A DNA stretch of 52,775 bases from Vicugna vicugna (taxonomy: Eukaryota), in assembly GCA_013265495.1 (NCBI GenBank), contig MU058035.1, positions 73,175-125,949 of the forward strand, in the 5' to 3' direction. The translations under genes were made by a program, and so were the position numbers. Below are positions 1 through 12,178 of this stretch, one piece after another. The notes beneath the pieces were generated by a model. That model saw only the letters and a program-made list of their open reading frames with translations, was not told the origin of the DNA and did not search any database. Within the stretch, counting starts at the first letter, position 1; each line of letters starts with the position of its first letter.

Positions 1-982
1 AGTCTGGAATTCTTCAAAGGCTATTCGGTTAGTTGGTTTGTTTTAATTTTGCTTGACTTGGGTGACTGATGGAGTTAAATGTGAAAGCTGATGCCGGACA
101 GTCGTAGCACTCAATAAACAGCAGCCTTTTTTTTTTTTCTCTCCTGCTTTCTGTATGGATATTAAAAGGATTCAAGCTCAGCATCCAAGATGAAATATAA
201 CTTTCATTTGCGTCTTGTCTCTGGCTTTTAAAAAGTGTAATCTCCAAGGAATCAGCCTAACTCCAATTCAGTGTGATCTTTGGAAGTTATTTTAAATAAA
301 CCTCGAGATCTCCATAAAAGATATATATTGAAAAGGAAAGAAAAGCATGCTGACTTAAATGTGTCTGCCAAATTTGCTGAGATTTGAAACATGCTGGTTG
401 TAATACTATTAGTAAATACATGTTTTCAGATTGTTACCGTGAATTTCTCTCTGTATAGTTTTCTTCTTACTTATTTGTATGATAATTTGGGGAAATGCTC
501 ATGTCTCAACTTTTAAAGAGAGATGTTTTGAAACGTTACATCATAGTGATACCATAATGGCCTGGCATATAACTTAGGTTTCTGAAAACAAAAAGATACA
601 AACCAAAAAACAAAGAATGATCTCAGAGCCTGGCTCTGGGCTGTCTTTCAGCCCAAAGTATTTCTTTTCTAACAATAGAGAAGTGCATTTCCCTTATCCT
701 CATCCTTTAAAGCTAAAAGCTTTATTTATTTCTTCATGTTATTCATTCTAATTAGACACGTTCTGTGTAATAGGTGAGCTTTGGGAAACACGTACAGAAG
801 TGTAGAGTCTACTTAGATGCCACCCCTTCAGGGAGAGGGAAGCGTGGAAGGAGGCTTGGCTACACAGATATGTACATTTCTCTGAACAATTAGAGGGTGC
901 CGCTGGAGTAAGATTTTTGCTTTTTAATAAGGAAACCCATGCAAATGAAAATGTATCTCATTTGTTCTTCATTTGTTTTCAG

Positions 983-1095
983 CGCCAAATCTTAAAGGCA
1001 GACCACGCAAAAAGAAACCGTGCCCACAGAGAAGAGATTCATTCAGTGGTGGTAAAGATCCCAACAACAATTCCGATGGCAAATCCGTTGCCAAG
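983..1095 (+). CDS. ARID5B: ARID5B coding exon (human exon 5 equivalent), 113 bp: (A)PNLKGRPRKKKPCPQRRDSFSGGKDPNNNSDGKSVAK
   Basis: Acceptor ttttcAG at 981-982 and donor AAG|GTACAG at 1096. Peptide recognised as ARID5B. Ends in phase 0, matching the next exon. Confidence 0.95.
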
Positions 1096-3914
1096 GTACA
1101 GTCATTAAGCTCTGCGGTGTTTGTTTTGCTGCATCTTTTAATTTTTCCCTTTTCTCTCTGTCTCTCTGCTCCTGTGTCTTAGTGGCAGTTTTCAACTCAG
1201 AACGTGACTTTGGTATTCACAGCTCTCTAGCTGTGTCAGTTCCTGCCACCTCCCCTCCCCCGGTGGCGAGGGGGGAGGGGACAGTGGAGGCATTTTGATT
1301 AGTCAACAGAAAGACTTCCCACCTCCCAGTCTGGCCTGCTGGGTAAAGGACAGATGATTAAGCGCCCACGTCACTGAGGCTGCGATTTCATAGTAGGTGA
1401 CACAATGACATAGTTTACTCTGCTTGTATCAAAAATAGACCAGCTGAACCATCCTCTTTCTGAATGTGTTCATCTAAATATGTTTCAGAGATTAACAGAG
1501 GATGAAATTAGAAATGGCTAGAATTAATCCCTTTAGTTATTTTTTTTATTTTTCAAAGTCACCTCTGATTTACCTTGGAGTAAAATTAAAGACACATAGC
1601 CCAGTACTTACAGGTATACATATAATATATACATTTATATGTTTTCTAAGACCACTCTTAGTACAGAATGAAAGTCCAAATTCTAGACTATTTTTCAGGA
1701 CCTGGGACCGTTTGGCCTAAGCATTTTTTGGAATCTTGAAAGTGCATGCCTGAAGCATTTAGCACTAAGAAGGGTGAAGTGTCACTTTGTATTTTTAGGC
1801 TTATCTTTTTTTCCTTTTGTGGGCTAGGATCATATTTCCATGGTTCTGTTTATGGGGTGTTTGCGTTTAGGTGTTGTTTCTGTGCCAAAAACAACAATAG
1901 CCCCTTTAGGGCCTAAATTGAAGCCCGGATTTCAACTGACACCACGTTTCCAGATCCAAGGGCTCAACTTATGAAAATGGGAGCATTACTGGTGAATGTG
2001 GGAGATTCTGATGAAGAAAAACGTGACTTCAGTTCTGAGCTGACAATCTACTATTTTTCTGCCATGAACTCCGCTTCTCCTCCCAGTGTAGAGAAGTAAA
2101 TCCTAGACATTCACATTTGATAAATCTTACCTTCAAGGGTGGCTGTTTCATCAGGAAGTTCTGGGGACTTTTTGGTTAGGATTTCTTCATGCTTTCAAGA
2201 CTGGGAAGGGTTAAAAAGACATCGAGTAGAAATGTGTCTTTTCTGCCTAAAAACAAATCTGTTTTTTCTTAAAGTTATTTTGGTTCTGTTCCTTTAACCT
2301 TCTGCGCGTGAGTCCACACGGATACCAAGAAGGACATTTTCTAGTAATTTAGACATTTTGCCCTTGAACTGCCTAGCTAGGGCTTCGGCTTCTGTGGTCT
2401 TGAGGGATGTCAGCAGGAACAGCTTATTCCCTGTGATGTGGTTTGCAAGATACTGCAGAATGGAGCAAGAAGGTTGTAGGATCATAACATTCAGCAGAGC
2501 TTGTACTGACAACGTCCTGGGTTGGCACCTTGCCCCATACCTCTCAGCTGACATCATGTGTTTACCTCGGCGTGTTCTCTACCTGAGCCCAGCAGGGGGA
2601 AGCTCCTCATTTCATTTGGAGTCAACACCAAAGTATGTCTCTGGGAGATTTACAAAACTCATACCATTGATCTGAACGAACAGCACCTCTAGTCTCTCCC
2701 TAGATGGAGCTCAGGATGCATACCAGGACCCACAACACTGAAGAGAAGCGGAGTCTGTTCCGTATTTGATGTTCACTGACTTACCCTTCTTGGGAGGGAC
2801 AGTAACCAAGCCTCGGTTTTCTAAGTGCCCTGCTCCACCCCATCTGCACCCGTGCTGCCATTCAGAATCTTCACAGGGACGAGGATCATCCTTCATTGTT
2901 GGTTGCAGAGGTGTGTGGGTGAATGTCGTGCTGCACTCAGCTCCTGGCGACTGCATTCAACACTCAGCTCCTCTCTGAGTCTTGGATTACAGTCCTGCCT
3001 TGGCTGCTTCCAGTGGGTCTGGAAAGACCACTTCACCTAGTAAAGAGAGACTGGTGGGTATGAAGCATGGTGGGCTTATCGTTGGCACCAACAGATGGAT
3101 GGAAAATCCCCACAGGATGAACAAGCCACATCTGGGGCCAGGACAACCATGAAAAAGGCATTTGTGTCTAAAAAGTGGTCTTTTCTCATGAAATGCTACA
3201 GTAGAAGTTACAAGCCTGTGACCATCTGATCGTTTACTAAACTAGAAGCAACACTTCGGGGGACAGTTTAGTTTCCTGAACAAGAGTTGTATGACTGTTT
3301 TTTTTCCAAAGTGCCTCAAACAGACCATTTCTGACTATGGACAAGTATCCGTTTTCTGCAGCTCCACACAACAGAGCTCTTCCAGTAAGAACCCACTCAG
3401 TTTGTTGTGTGCATGACTGGAAGAGCAAGTTGAGGGTTTGCCTGTCACCATCAAAAGGTTGCCCTCTTCAGTGAGAACATGAGAACTAGCTTTGCAAGAC
3501 TCTGTTTTTCAAGGGACAGAGAATTACACAGCTTTTGAACAACAGCCAAAGTCACGCAGAGAAGAGGCTACCAGTGCTCTGAAGATGTCAGTAAATATGT
3601 CCAACCCAGATCCTTGCCATTTCCTTGGGATCGTCTTAAAGCAACAGGTCTGGGACCCAAGCATGTCCATATGGCGATCTATACAAAAGAAATCCTCTCA
3701 GCCTAGGTCTCTGATGAAAGGCCTCCGCTGATAGAAGGCAAATGACTTTTCACATCCTGGAAGCACTTTCCAAAGGCTAGAAGTATGTAACAGGTGGTTT
3801 AAATTCTAAAAGGAACATAAAAAGGGAAACCATGATGTGCAATATGTTCTTTCATTTAAATCACAAACAGACTTTTGATAATTTCACAAATGTGATACTT
3901 TCATTATTTTCAGT

Positions 3915-4030
3915 ACTTTTCATCCCATGTGGTCCTCAGAACTACCCCCAGGGATTACCCTTCCTGCTTTCCTGGGGAAGAAAATGAGGGTTTCCTAGGA
4001 AGTTTGTGACCAAATCGAAATGAGACTCTG
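3915..4030 (-). mobile_element. Highly diverged MIR fragment
   Basis: Weak match to the reversed MIR core (tcctcagaactaccc...ggaagaaaatgagg). Confidence 0.35.
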
Positions 4031-4829
4031 GCTCCTTTCCTGCTGGTTCAGCACATCTCGCTGCCCCAGTTGAAGGCTGGGTTAGTTACAGCTCAATCCA
4101 GTGAAAGGATGTGGTTAATATCAAATAGGTGGTGGTTCACTGAAAACGTTAAATGTGGATTCTTTAATTAGTACTTCCTCAATCACTTTGGAAACCCCAA
4201 AGCTCTTAGTGAACTCAACAAGTAGAAGGCATTCATGGAGGGAAAAACTGATCTGGTAATTAAGTGTCACCATCAGAAGGGTGGGCTTTCTCAAGGTCAG
4301 CGTGAAGACTAGCTCCCGTGTAACGTTTCAGTAGATTTAAATGCTGAGAATGTTACGGGTAAATGTGGAAAAAATGTAGAAAGGAACTCAGCCTGGTCCT
4401 GTGCAGAAACAGAATAATACCCTCAAGGGCTCACAGTGTTAAGTGAAGAAATGTACAGAGCGGGAGCAGGAGGAGAGTGCTGTTCACCTGTTACGGAGCC
4501 CCGGCCTCAGGAGAGGAAGCCTGCTGCAGGGCCCGGGAGGTTCAGGATGGAGCTCAGTGGGTGGCAGCCCGGTGTCCTCTAGAGCCTTTCCTAAGAAGCA
4601 GAGGGTCTGAGTGACTCGGGCCTGGTTCACGAGCCCTCTCTGTGCTTTCCTCCTATTTCTGGGCATTTCCAGGTGAGGTAGCTCCCTAGACACTGAGGGG
4701 GCAAACCTCATCCTCCCTTGACAGTGGTGCTTCTGACCTAGTAATATAAATAATGGGCCTATTCTCACTGCAGGTTTAGGACTCAGCCTATTTTATATAC
4801 AAAACTGTTATCTAATCCTCTTGTACCAG

Positions 4830-5025
4830 ACTGCAGTTTGGGGTGAAGGAGACCTGAGTTCTGCCCCACACCAACCAAATACCAAAATGCATAACCTCGC
4901 TGAGCTTGTTTCCTTGTCTGAAAAGTGGGGCTCAAAACCTTCCTTTTATCATTGTTAGGAACGTCAGGTAGACAGTGTGAAGCCCGCAGCACTGTATCCA
5001 GCTCATCACAGGTGCTTGGCTGATC
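4830..5025 (+). mobile_element. MIR SINE relic
   Basis: agacctgagttct...ctgagcttgtttccttgtctgaaaagtgggg...caggtgct resembles the MIR core and tail. Confidence 0.6.
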
Positions 5026-5210
5026 CTGGTTTCCTTACCTTTGCTCAGTACACAAAGGAATGGAGCCCTTTTAGACTTACTACCTCGTTTTATCTTCTAA
5101 TTCTCATTTCATAAATCACATTTCTAAGCTGTAGGTTTTGTAATGCCTAGGAATCAGATATGCTTTCTAAATGGAAATGTTTTGACTCTCAATTGAATAT
5201 TTTTATGAGT

Positions 5211-5455
5211 GCAGGAAAGTAGAGTGTTTAAAACCACAAGCTCTGAAGTGAGGTTACCCAATTTTGCCTCTTACTAACTTGAACAAGATCTTGTGTTCTT
5301 GTACGGGTTCCTCATCCTCTCTGTACCTCAGTTTCCTCATTTCTAATAGGAGAATAATGACCTGGCCCATTAGGTCTGTGAGTATGAAGTGTGATGATAC
5401 CAAAAAGTGCTTAGAACAGGGCCTGGCCCCATAGTAAATAAGCACTCAGAAAATG
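5211..5455 (+). mobile_element. MIR SINE relic
   Basis: cctctctgtacctcagtttcctcattt...aaagtgcttagaacagggcctggcccatagtaa is a close match to the MIR core and 3' end. Confidence 0.85.
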
Positions 5456-6610
5456 CGGGGGGCGGGGGCAGTGCGGATCAGAACTGGAGTGGTTTTATGA
5501 TTTCAAAGAGCCATTGAATTATGGATTTCATCAGAACTTTAGACTCAACAATCTAAAATTTGGCAGTGAAAAATGATGACAACATAAAGTTTCCCAGGAT
5601 GCTCTCCTTAATATAATGTTATCAAGTACTAAAGTTTGAAAATACTGTTAAGTAAAAATTCTACATGGAAAATGTTTTCATCCCATTTCCACTGCTCTTT
5701 AAAAATTAAAATCTTATCTAGAGGCCCAGTTAAATGAGTTGTACAGGCAGTTTTATTTTTTCCCAGGACCCGTCGAACGATATTAAACTGGTGTGTTCAT
5801 TTGAGAGAACCAGCAATAAGAGGGTATACTTCCCTTTAATAAATGAGCACAGCCTTTTATGTGTTCAGTGCTTGGGAAGGAGACTCTGAAGGGAAAGAAA
5901 AATAGAGCTCAGAAATCTGAAATGGAAACCTGGTGGAATGTGTGGGACATTTTAATTCCTAACATTCCCCTTGCACGTGTCCTCTTCCCTCTGATATGAG
6001 ATACAGAGAGGTAAAGAATATTGGAATGTACATGTTCCCCATGGGCGCACTTGAACTCAAAGCTTGACCCTTTGTAACTCCCCCTTTTACAATTAAAATA
6101 GCTCAACAACTTAGCTTTATATTTAACAAACCGTTGGAGGCCTCTTGTAGAACATGGCAGCGAGGACGGACCGTGAGGTGAGCTCGGTGTGCCGCACTCA
6201 AGTTAACCTGGAGTGTGGAAGCAAGAACATCTGGCCCATTTACTGCCACTTATTTTTTAGTTTAATGGAGCTATTCACTGACTCTTCTTGGGTTTTAGCC
6301 GGCCCCTACTCATTCCTCTGTAGCAAGTTAACATCTCCTATTAGATTCTCAGAGCTGACTGAAGGGTACCGAGCCCTCATTAAAAGGTGGGATGTTTTGT
6401 TTCCTACCAGGGGTGTACCCAGGCATCACCCTCAGGTGAGAGACAGCAGAGACCTTGCTGGTGTTCCTCATGCCAACATCTGCTGGCACTGACCTGTTTT
6501 TCCAGGTTGCTGGGAAGAGTAACAACAAGCTAAGTTTACTACAAAGAAATAAACTTGCCTTTCATTTTGGCACAAAGTGCAAAACATGGAAATGTTATTA
6601 AGAACATGGT

Positions 6611-6740
6611 GGGGAGGTGTATAGCTCAGTGGTAGAATGCATGCCTAGCATGCACAGGGTCCTGGGTTCAATCTCTAGAATTGTAATCCAAAAGAAAAGT
6701 AAAACTACCTTCTCCCACCCAAAAACATAAATAATAAAAT
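6611..6740 (+). mobile_element. tRNA-derived SINE, Vic-1-like (camelid)
   Basis: GGGGAGGTGTATAGCTCAGTGGTAGA head (Pol III box A, 6622-6632), GGTTCAATCTC (box B, 6665-6675), then a C-rich and A-rich tail. ATTAAGAA occurs on both flanks (6597-6604, 6739-6746) as a degraded TSD. Confidence 0.8.
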
Positions 6741-6890
6741 TAAGAATACAGGGTTCCTTCAGTGATACTAACAGATGGTGCCCCTTAGGAAAATAAAGTG
6801 TCTAAAGAGGCAGGAGAATGGCCCCACCAGATGCAAACACTGTTTCTGGTTTCACATCAGCATACCTGTAAGGAGTCTAAAAGAGGCTGG

Positions 6891-7085
6891 CAGAGTGCGG
6901 CAAACCGTGGCCCACTGGCCGCCTGCTTCTATAAATAAAAACATTACTGGAACACAGCCTCGCTTGCTTACATACAGTCCGTGACTGCTGTCAGGCTGGG
7001 GTTGAGTGGTGGCCACTGAGACTGTATGCCCAGAAGCCTGCCCGTACTTACTATCTGGGCCTTTACAGGAATTTTCCAGCCCTTG
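6891..7085 (+). mobile_element. MER58A-like hAT-Charlie DNA transposon relic
   Basis: ggcaaaccgtggccc...taaataaaacattactggaacacagcc...ttactatctgggcctttacag matches the recalled MER58A consensus. Confidence 0.8.
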
Positions 7086-7250
7086 GTCTAAGACAATCCA
7101 TATTCAGTGATGCCTCTAAAAAGCTATTTCAGGGCAAGGGTGATTTACTGGTCCTCCTTCCCACTCAGTGAAAAATGTCACTAGCTATGTCTCTGTAAGC
7201 ATTCCAGAGCTATGCTTGATTTTATGTGTTTTTCCCCCCACCTTTTCCAG

Positions 7251-7455
7251 GTGAAATGTGAGGCCAGGTCAGCCTTGACCAAGCCGAAGAATAACCATAA
7301 TAACTGTAAAAAAGTCTCCAATGAAGAAAAGCCAAAGGTCGCCATTGGTGAAGAGTGCAGGGCAGATGAGCAGGCCTTCCTGGTGGCACTTTATAAATAC
7401 ATGAAAGAAAGGAAGACGCCCATAGAACGAATACCCTATTTAGGTTTCAAACAGA
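7251..7455 (+). CDS. ARID5B: ARID5B coding exon (exon 6 equivalent), 205 bp, start of ARID domain: VKCEARSALT...ADEQAFLVALYKYMKERKTPIERIPYLGFKQ
   Basis: Polypyrimidine tract plus ccAG at 7249-7250, donor A|GTAAGT at 7456. ARID N-terminal helix sequence is visible in ORF 7212..7481. Confidence 0.97.
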
Positions 7456-9398
7456 GTAAGTATACTTGTTTTCATTTCTGAAATATCAAAACTGCTCGGA
7501 GTCTTTGAATTGGGAAAAAAAAAACTGACTCAGGATTATGTTGAAATCCTATTCTGGGGATGATGCTGTCTGTTTATACTAAATCTACAAATCATCCAGG
7601 CCAGGAATTTTTCCCCCTGCCTCTTTCCGCTACATTGTTCCCTTCTGGGGCAGTTGCAGTGAGATATTTATAGGCTCGAATCCACTGATTATGACTGGAA
7701 ATAGACATGTTGAAAGTTTCTCATTTTCTGTTTTGTCAATCTTGAGTGTCTGTAAAGCCTTTCTTCTGAGATAATAATATGACGTAGATTTATCAGGCAC
7801 AGATGTTGCCTGTGAAAGGACACCTTTTAAAAGGAGGACATTTAAAGGTGGACAGAACAACCACAAAGAGAAAACATATTTCCTAAGCCCCAAATTTGTT
7901 AAGAGATAACAAGAACCTGATGACTTCAGAGGAAACAAGAAATACACAAATTTGAACGGAGAGCCCAATTTTGAATTACTTTGACGTGTCCATTTAAGCG
8001 TCATCATGTATTTTAAAGTAGAACAGGGAACTCGTAGCAGAGCAGAATTCCATATAAAAAGAGAAGAAACCCAGATCCTGTCCTGATTTCACAACTGAAT
8101 ATATATTTTGCCTCTGTCTGGATTTTGTGGCGCACCGAGTGACGAAGCCCCTGGCTTGAAACAGTATTTTCTCCAAACGTATCTTCCTAGATTAAAACCA
8201 TGTGTCATTTTGATGAAGAATGTCAAACCTGTATGTTTTACATAACAATTTACATACCTAATAGCAATTGGCACTGATTGCAAGAGAACACTCGCAGCCA
8301 TTATAAACTTATATAACTACGAATGATTACAATGTTTGTCTGAAAACTGGCTGCTTGAAATAGAAGTAAAATTAATGTACTATGAACAGCTTTGTTGCAT
8401 TATGCATTGGTTCAGATTAAATCAAGGCCGAGGCAGGGCTCTTGATAGCTTTGAAATAGTGCAAGGTTCAATGAGGCTTTTCGAACGTGTTGTGTCAAAG
8501 AGCCTTTTCTTTTTTTTTTTTTTTTTTAACTTTAATTTTTTTTTTCAATCATTTCCTTTACTGAGGAATTACTTGAAGTTCAATTTTCCTCTCTTGTGAA
8601 AGAATCAAATCTGTAGCAGGCCCATTCCATGGTATTTAGTACAAATGAACAGGGTTGCTAGCAATTTGGCATAGATGTTTTAACAGCGTAAACATATGCA
8701 TGCCCTGCAAAGAGAAATTTGTTTTTAAAAATGTATGTTTGCAACATCACACAGGCAAGTTAGGGGACTAAGTGGACACGTGACTCAATTCCTCTGTGAA
8801 GGAGTATCTTCCTTCCCTTTGATCTGTTGTATCACTGCTGCCTCAAGGGTGAAATATTGATTTTCCTGCTTCACCACGTGTTAGTGAAATATGCTGTGAG
8901 CTTTTAATATAGTGCTGCCATCAGACATTCTATTAAGAAGGTAATCATATATTAAAGTGGCTGTTATTTATTGATTATGGAGAGTTCTAATACGAAGGAA
9001 GCATTATATATTACCATTTAACCAATGGCTTCTTTCTAAGGGTCCAACAAGACCAACTCCCATTCTGAAATCCCACACTTTTCGCAAGAAGGCTGTAACT
9101 TAACTTCCCTTGGTCTGCTGGTGGCAACAGGACTGAAAACTGTGTTGTCCTTTATCCTAAAATTAGAACCATTTCTGTATTTGTGACTGTTCCTTAAGAA
9201 GTATTTTAAATGGTACTAATATACCCTGTTGTTGAATACCCTTTGGCAAATTGTTTCTTAAGAACTTAGCTATTTGGGGTGCGTTAGTTATTTTTTTTTT
9301 CTCTTTCTCGTTAAAAACAAAAAAAAATGTTTTAATTGACATTTCTTGGAGATATGTTAATGCAATGCTTATCTAAATACTTATTGTCCCTCTAACAG

Positions 9399-9451
9399 TT
9401 AACCTTTGGACTATGTTTCAAGCTGCTCAAAAACTGGGAGGATATGAAACA
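9399..9451 (+). CDS. ARID5B: ARID5B coding exon (exon 7 equivalent), 53 bp: (I)NLWTMFQAAQKLGGYET
   Basis: Acceptor ctaacAG at 9397-9398, donor ACA|GTAAGT at 9452. Contains the ARID core LGG motif. Phase 1 in, phase 0 out. Confidence 0.97.
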
Positions 9452-11249
9452 GTAAGTGTTTAAGCAACTTAAATAATTTTGCAATCTAACTCCCCTCACC
9501 CCCACCCTGCTTTGACCAAAATGGAGAAAATGCAAAAGCAAACCATCATTGACTGCCTTTTCAAATGGCTCTACACTTTTGGGGTTTTATTGGGCCGCTT
9601 TTGGAAACTGCCCCAATTAGTTCCAGGTTTGGCAAAATTGTAAACTTGTCGTAAAAACTACCAGTGGAAAACATATGTAACTCTCCCCTGTCAGGGAAAT
9701 TAGTTGGGTCTGTAATTTTTTCCCATGTTGAGAAAGGGCTATTATTGTACAACAAGCCAAGATTGCATGAAAGAAATTTCCCTTGGCAACATACCTGACA
9801 TCTGTTCATGTCTAATATGGGAAATGTATTAAAGGCTTTCAAAAGTAATCAGTATTGGCCATTAAGGAATAGAATGCAGCAGAATCCTCTCATTCTAGGG
9901 CAAAGAAGCTTTATTAGACAAGGGTCAGTGCCGCATAAACAGGAAGTTATCAAACTTACTCAGAACAGACTCTGACACTCTTTATCAGCTAATTCTAACT
10001 GACAGGAACGGGTTATTTTTAGCTCACAGGAAAATTTGATGGCCACGGATTTTTACAGCATGTATTTGAACCAATAAAATGTTAGAGCAACAAACAGATT
10101 AAAATCTCGAAGAGAAGAAAGCACGGCACTAATGTAGCACACAGACGACATCTGTAATAAAATCAGTTGACATAGGAAGATGTCGTCATTGGAAATATTT
10201 TCTCCTTCACACAGTGATCAGATTGGAGTTGTGCAGTTTCTTCTGCAGTTAAATAAGAAATTATTTTTTCCTTTCCTTATGAAGTAATGTGCGGTATCTC
10301 TGTATCGTAGTAAAGTGACAGTAAGAGACACAAAGTCAAGAAAATGAAATTCATTTTAGTGCTAAATAGAGTAACTAGTGTTTCTTGCCAGATTATAGCA
10401 TATTGTTCCCCAAACTAATATAATGGTTTGATGTCAGATGCTTGGGATGGGAAAGGATGGCAAGTGTTATGTGATTCAGATAATCTGGTATTTACCAGAT
10501 TATGGTATTTACCATAGAGGTATCTACTGTGAATTCTGACTAAAAATTCCTTGCTGTGAGTCTATATGCATGTAAAATGTTTATGTAATATATGAGCTAT
10601 ACATACATATTTGTAAGGAAATCTAATACTCACATGAACTACATATAAAAGGTGCACTTCATACACATGAATTTGATTAAAATTTTTTTTTATCTAGTGC
10701 TCTATGTAAAAATAAATAATGTAATTTTTCACTTGGTTGGATCTGTTGATAGGGCAGGGTGATTGACCTTTTCCACACTGTGGCTCATAGTTTGGCAAAA
10801 TCTCGACCTAATTATAGCTTTGGTGCATGTGAAAAAGATGATAACTTATTCAGGGTTAGTCTCATAAATTTAGGAGTTAACCCCCTAGCCTAGACTTTTA
10901 AGTCTAACCTTTAATGTTCAGAATAGGAATACACATTTTTATGAACAGTGACTGCAGATAGTTATGTGATATTACACAATATTATGAAATGCCTTTTTAA
11001 ACCCAGGAATTTTTTTGTTATTCACTGATAGGGTGAGTACCAGCAAATTTCACAGCAGTTTTCCCTGCTTTTGTATCTTTTGCATCTTCACAAAGATTTT
11101 TTTCTTTTAACATGTAACAAGCAAGGTGGTGTAGAAAATACCAAAGAAACTTCTGATGGGTTTCAGGGCATTTGCAGTACTCTTTGAACAAACAGTGATT
11201 ATTCTCCTGTTGAATGAATGAATGGCCACACAATCAGCAGATCACCTCA

Positions 11250-11700
11250 CCACACACTTACTGAGTGTCTTACGTGTATAAGGCATTGTGTCAGGCACTC
11301 TGGGAGATGTGGAAGTATCTAGGCCCGCAGTTCCAGTCGCTTGCCATCCAGGAGAGTCAGCAATTATAAGACAACGTGGAAAAAGATCAGTGGCCTGTTT
11401 GGATAAAGTAGTTCCTCACTGACACATGAGGAAGAAAGACTTAAGGCTCTGATACCCACTGAGCAGAATTTTGGAGAATGGATGGAATTTAGACATGAAA
11501 GGTCATGGCCTTCCAGAAGAGAAAATCAAATGGAGAGACAGACTATGCAGGTGGAATAAAGTTGGGTATAGACAGTTTGAGTAACTTACAGTGACTGGGA
11601 GAATGGTATATTAGTTTGACCAGGAAGAAGGAAATCCAGAGAGAAGGATGGAGCCAAGAGGGGAAGGCCCTTGGATGCTAGGTGGCCAGGGGTGGGGCTT
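11250..11700 (-). mobile_element. L2 LINE relic
   Basis: cttactgagtgtcttacgtgtataaggcattgtgtcaggcactctgggaga is a reversed L2 3' end, followed by purine-rich L2-like sequence. Confidence 0.6.
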
Positions 11701-12079
11701 TGGGGGGGTCATGAAGATTGATAACCAGTCTTCAAGTGTACGTTGTGTGACTTATTCTGCCTTCACTGTGTTGTGTGGAAGTGGAGTGAGGTGCAGAGGG
11801 GCTGGGCTTTGGGGATGTGGAAGACCAGACTGGCATCTGCTTTCCATCTGGTTATGTGCTTCACGTCTCTTCAGCCAAGCCACACAGAGGACTAGTGACC
11901 TTTAGGGTTGCCCTTTTCTTCTTTCCCTCTCCACTGACCCTTCAACTCCTTCATCAGATCCCTGCCATGCTTCACAGTGCAACACATTTTCCCTCTCATC
12001 TCAGGCAGAGACTACATAGCTATCTTACTAAAAAATCTCCTTCTGGGGCCATAAACTGAATGAAGCCAACTGGTGGGAT

Positions 12080-12122
12080 TTTTCCTTCCTTCCTTCCTTC
12101 CTCCCTCCCTCCCTTCCCTTTT
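12080..12122. repeat. (TTCC)n/(CTCC)n polypyrimidine simple repeat
   Basis: tttttccttccttccttccttcctccctccctcccttcccttt is directly visible. Confidence 0.9.
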
Positions 12123-12130
12123 AAAAAAAT

Positions 12131-12178
12131 TCCTCATATTACCTGTTGGCCCTGTAGGCATTGAAGTTTGTCACTCTT
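12131..12178 (+). mobile_element. MER102-like terminal fragment
   Basis: ttacctgttggccctgtaggcattgaagtttgtcac resembles the recalled MER102 end. Confidence 0.5.

Noticed and set aside
885..905. CTCF-like motif (caattagagggtgc)
   Set aside because: Several mismatches at core positions; not supportable without ChIP data.
6611..6685. Possible tRNA (Ala-like) gene
   Set aside because: The acceptor stem does not pair, and it is followed by a SINE-type tail with a target-site duplication, so it is a tRNA-derived SINE.
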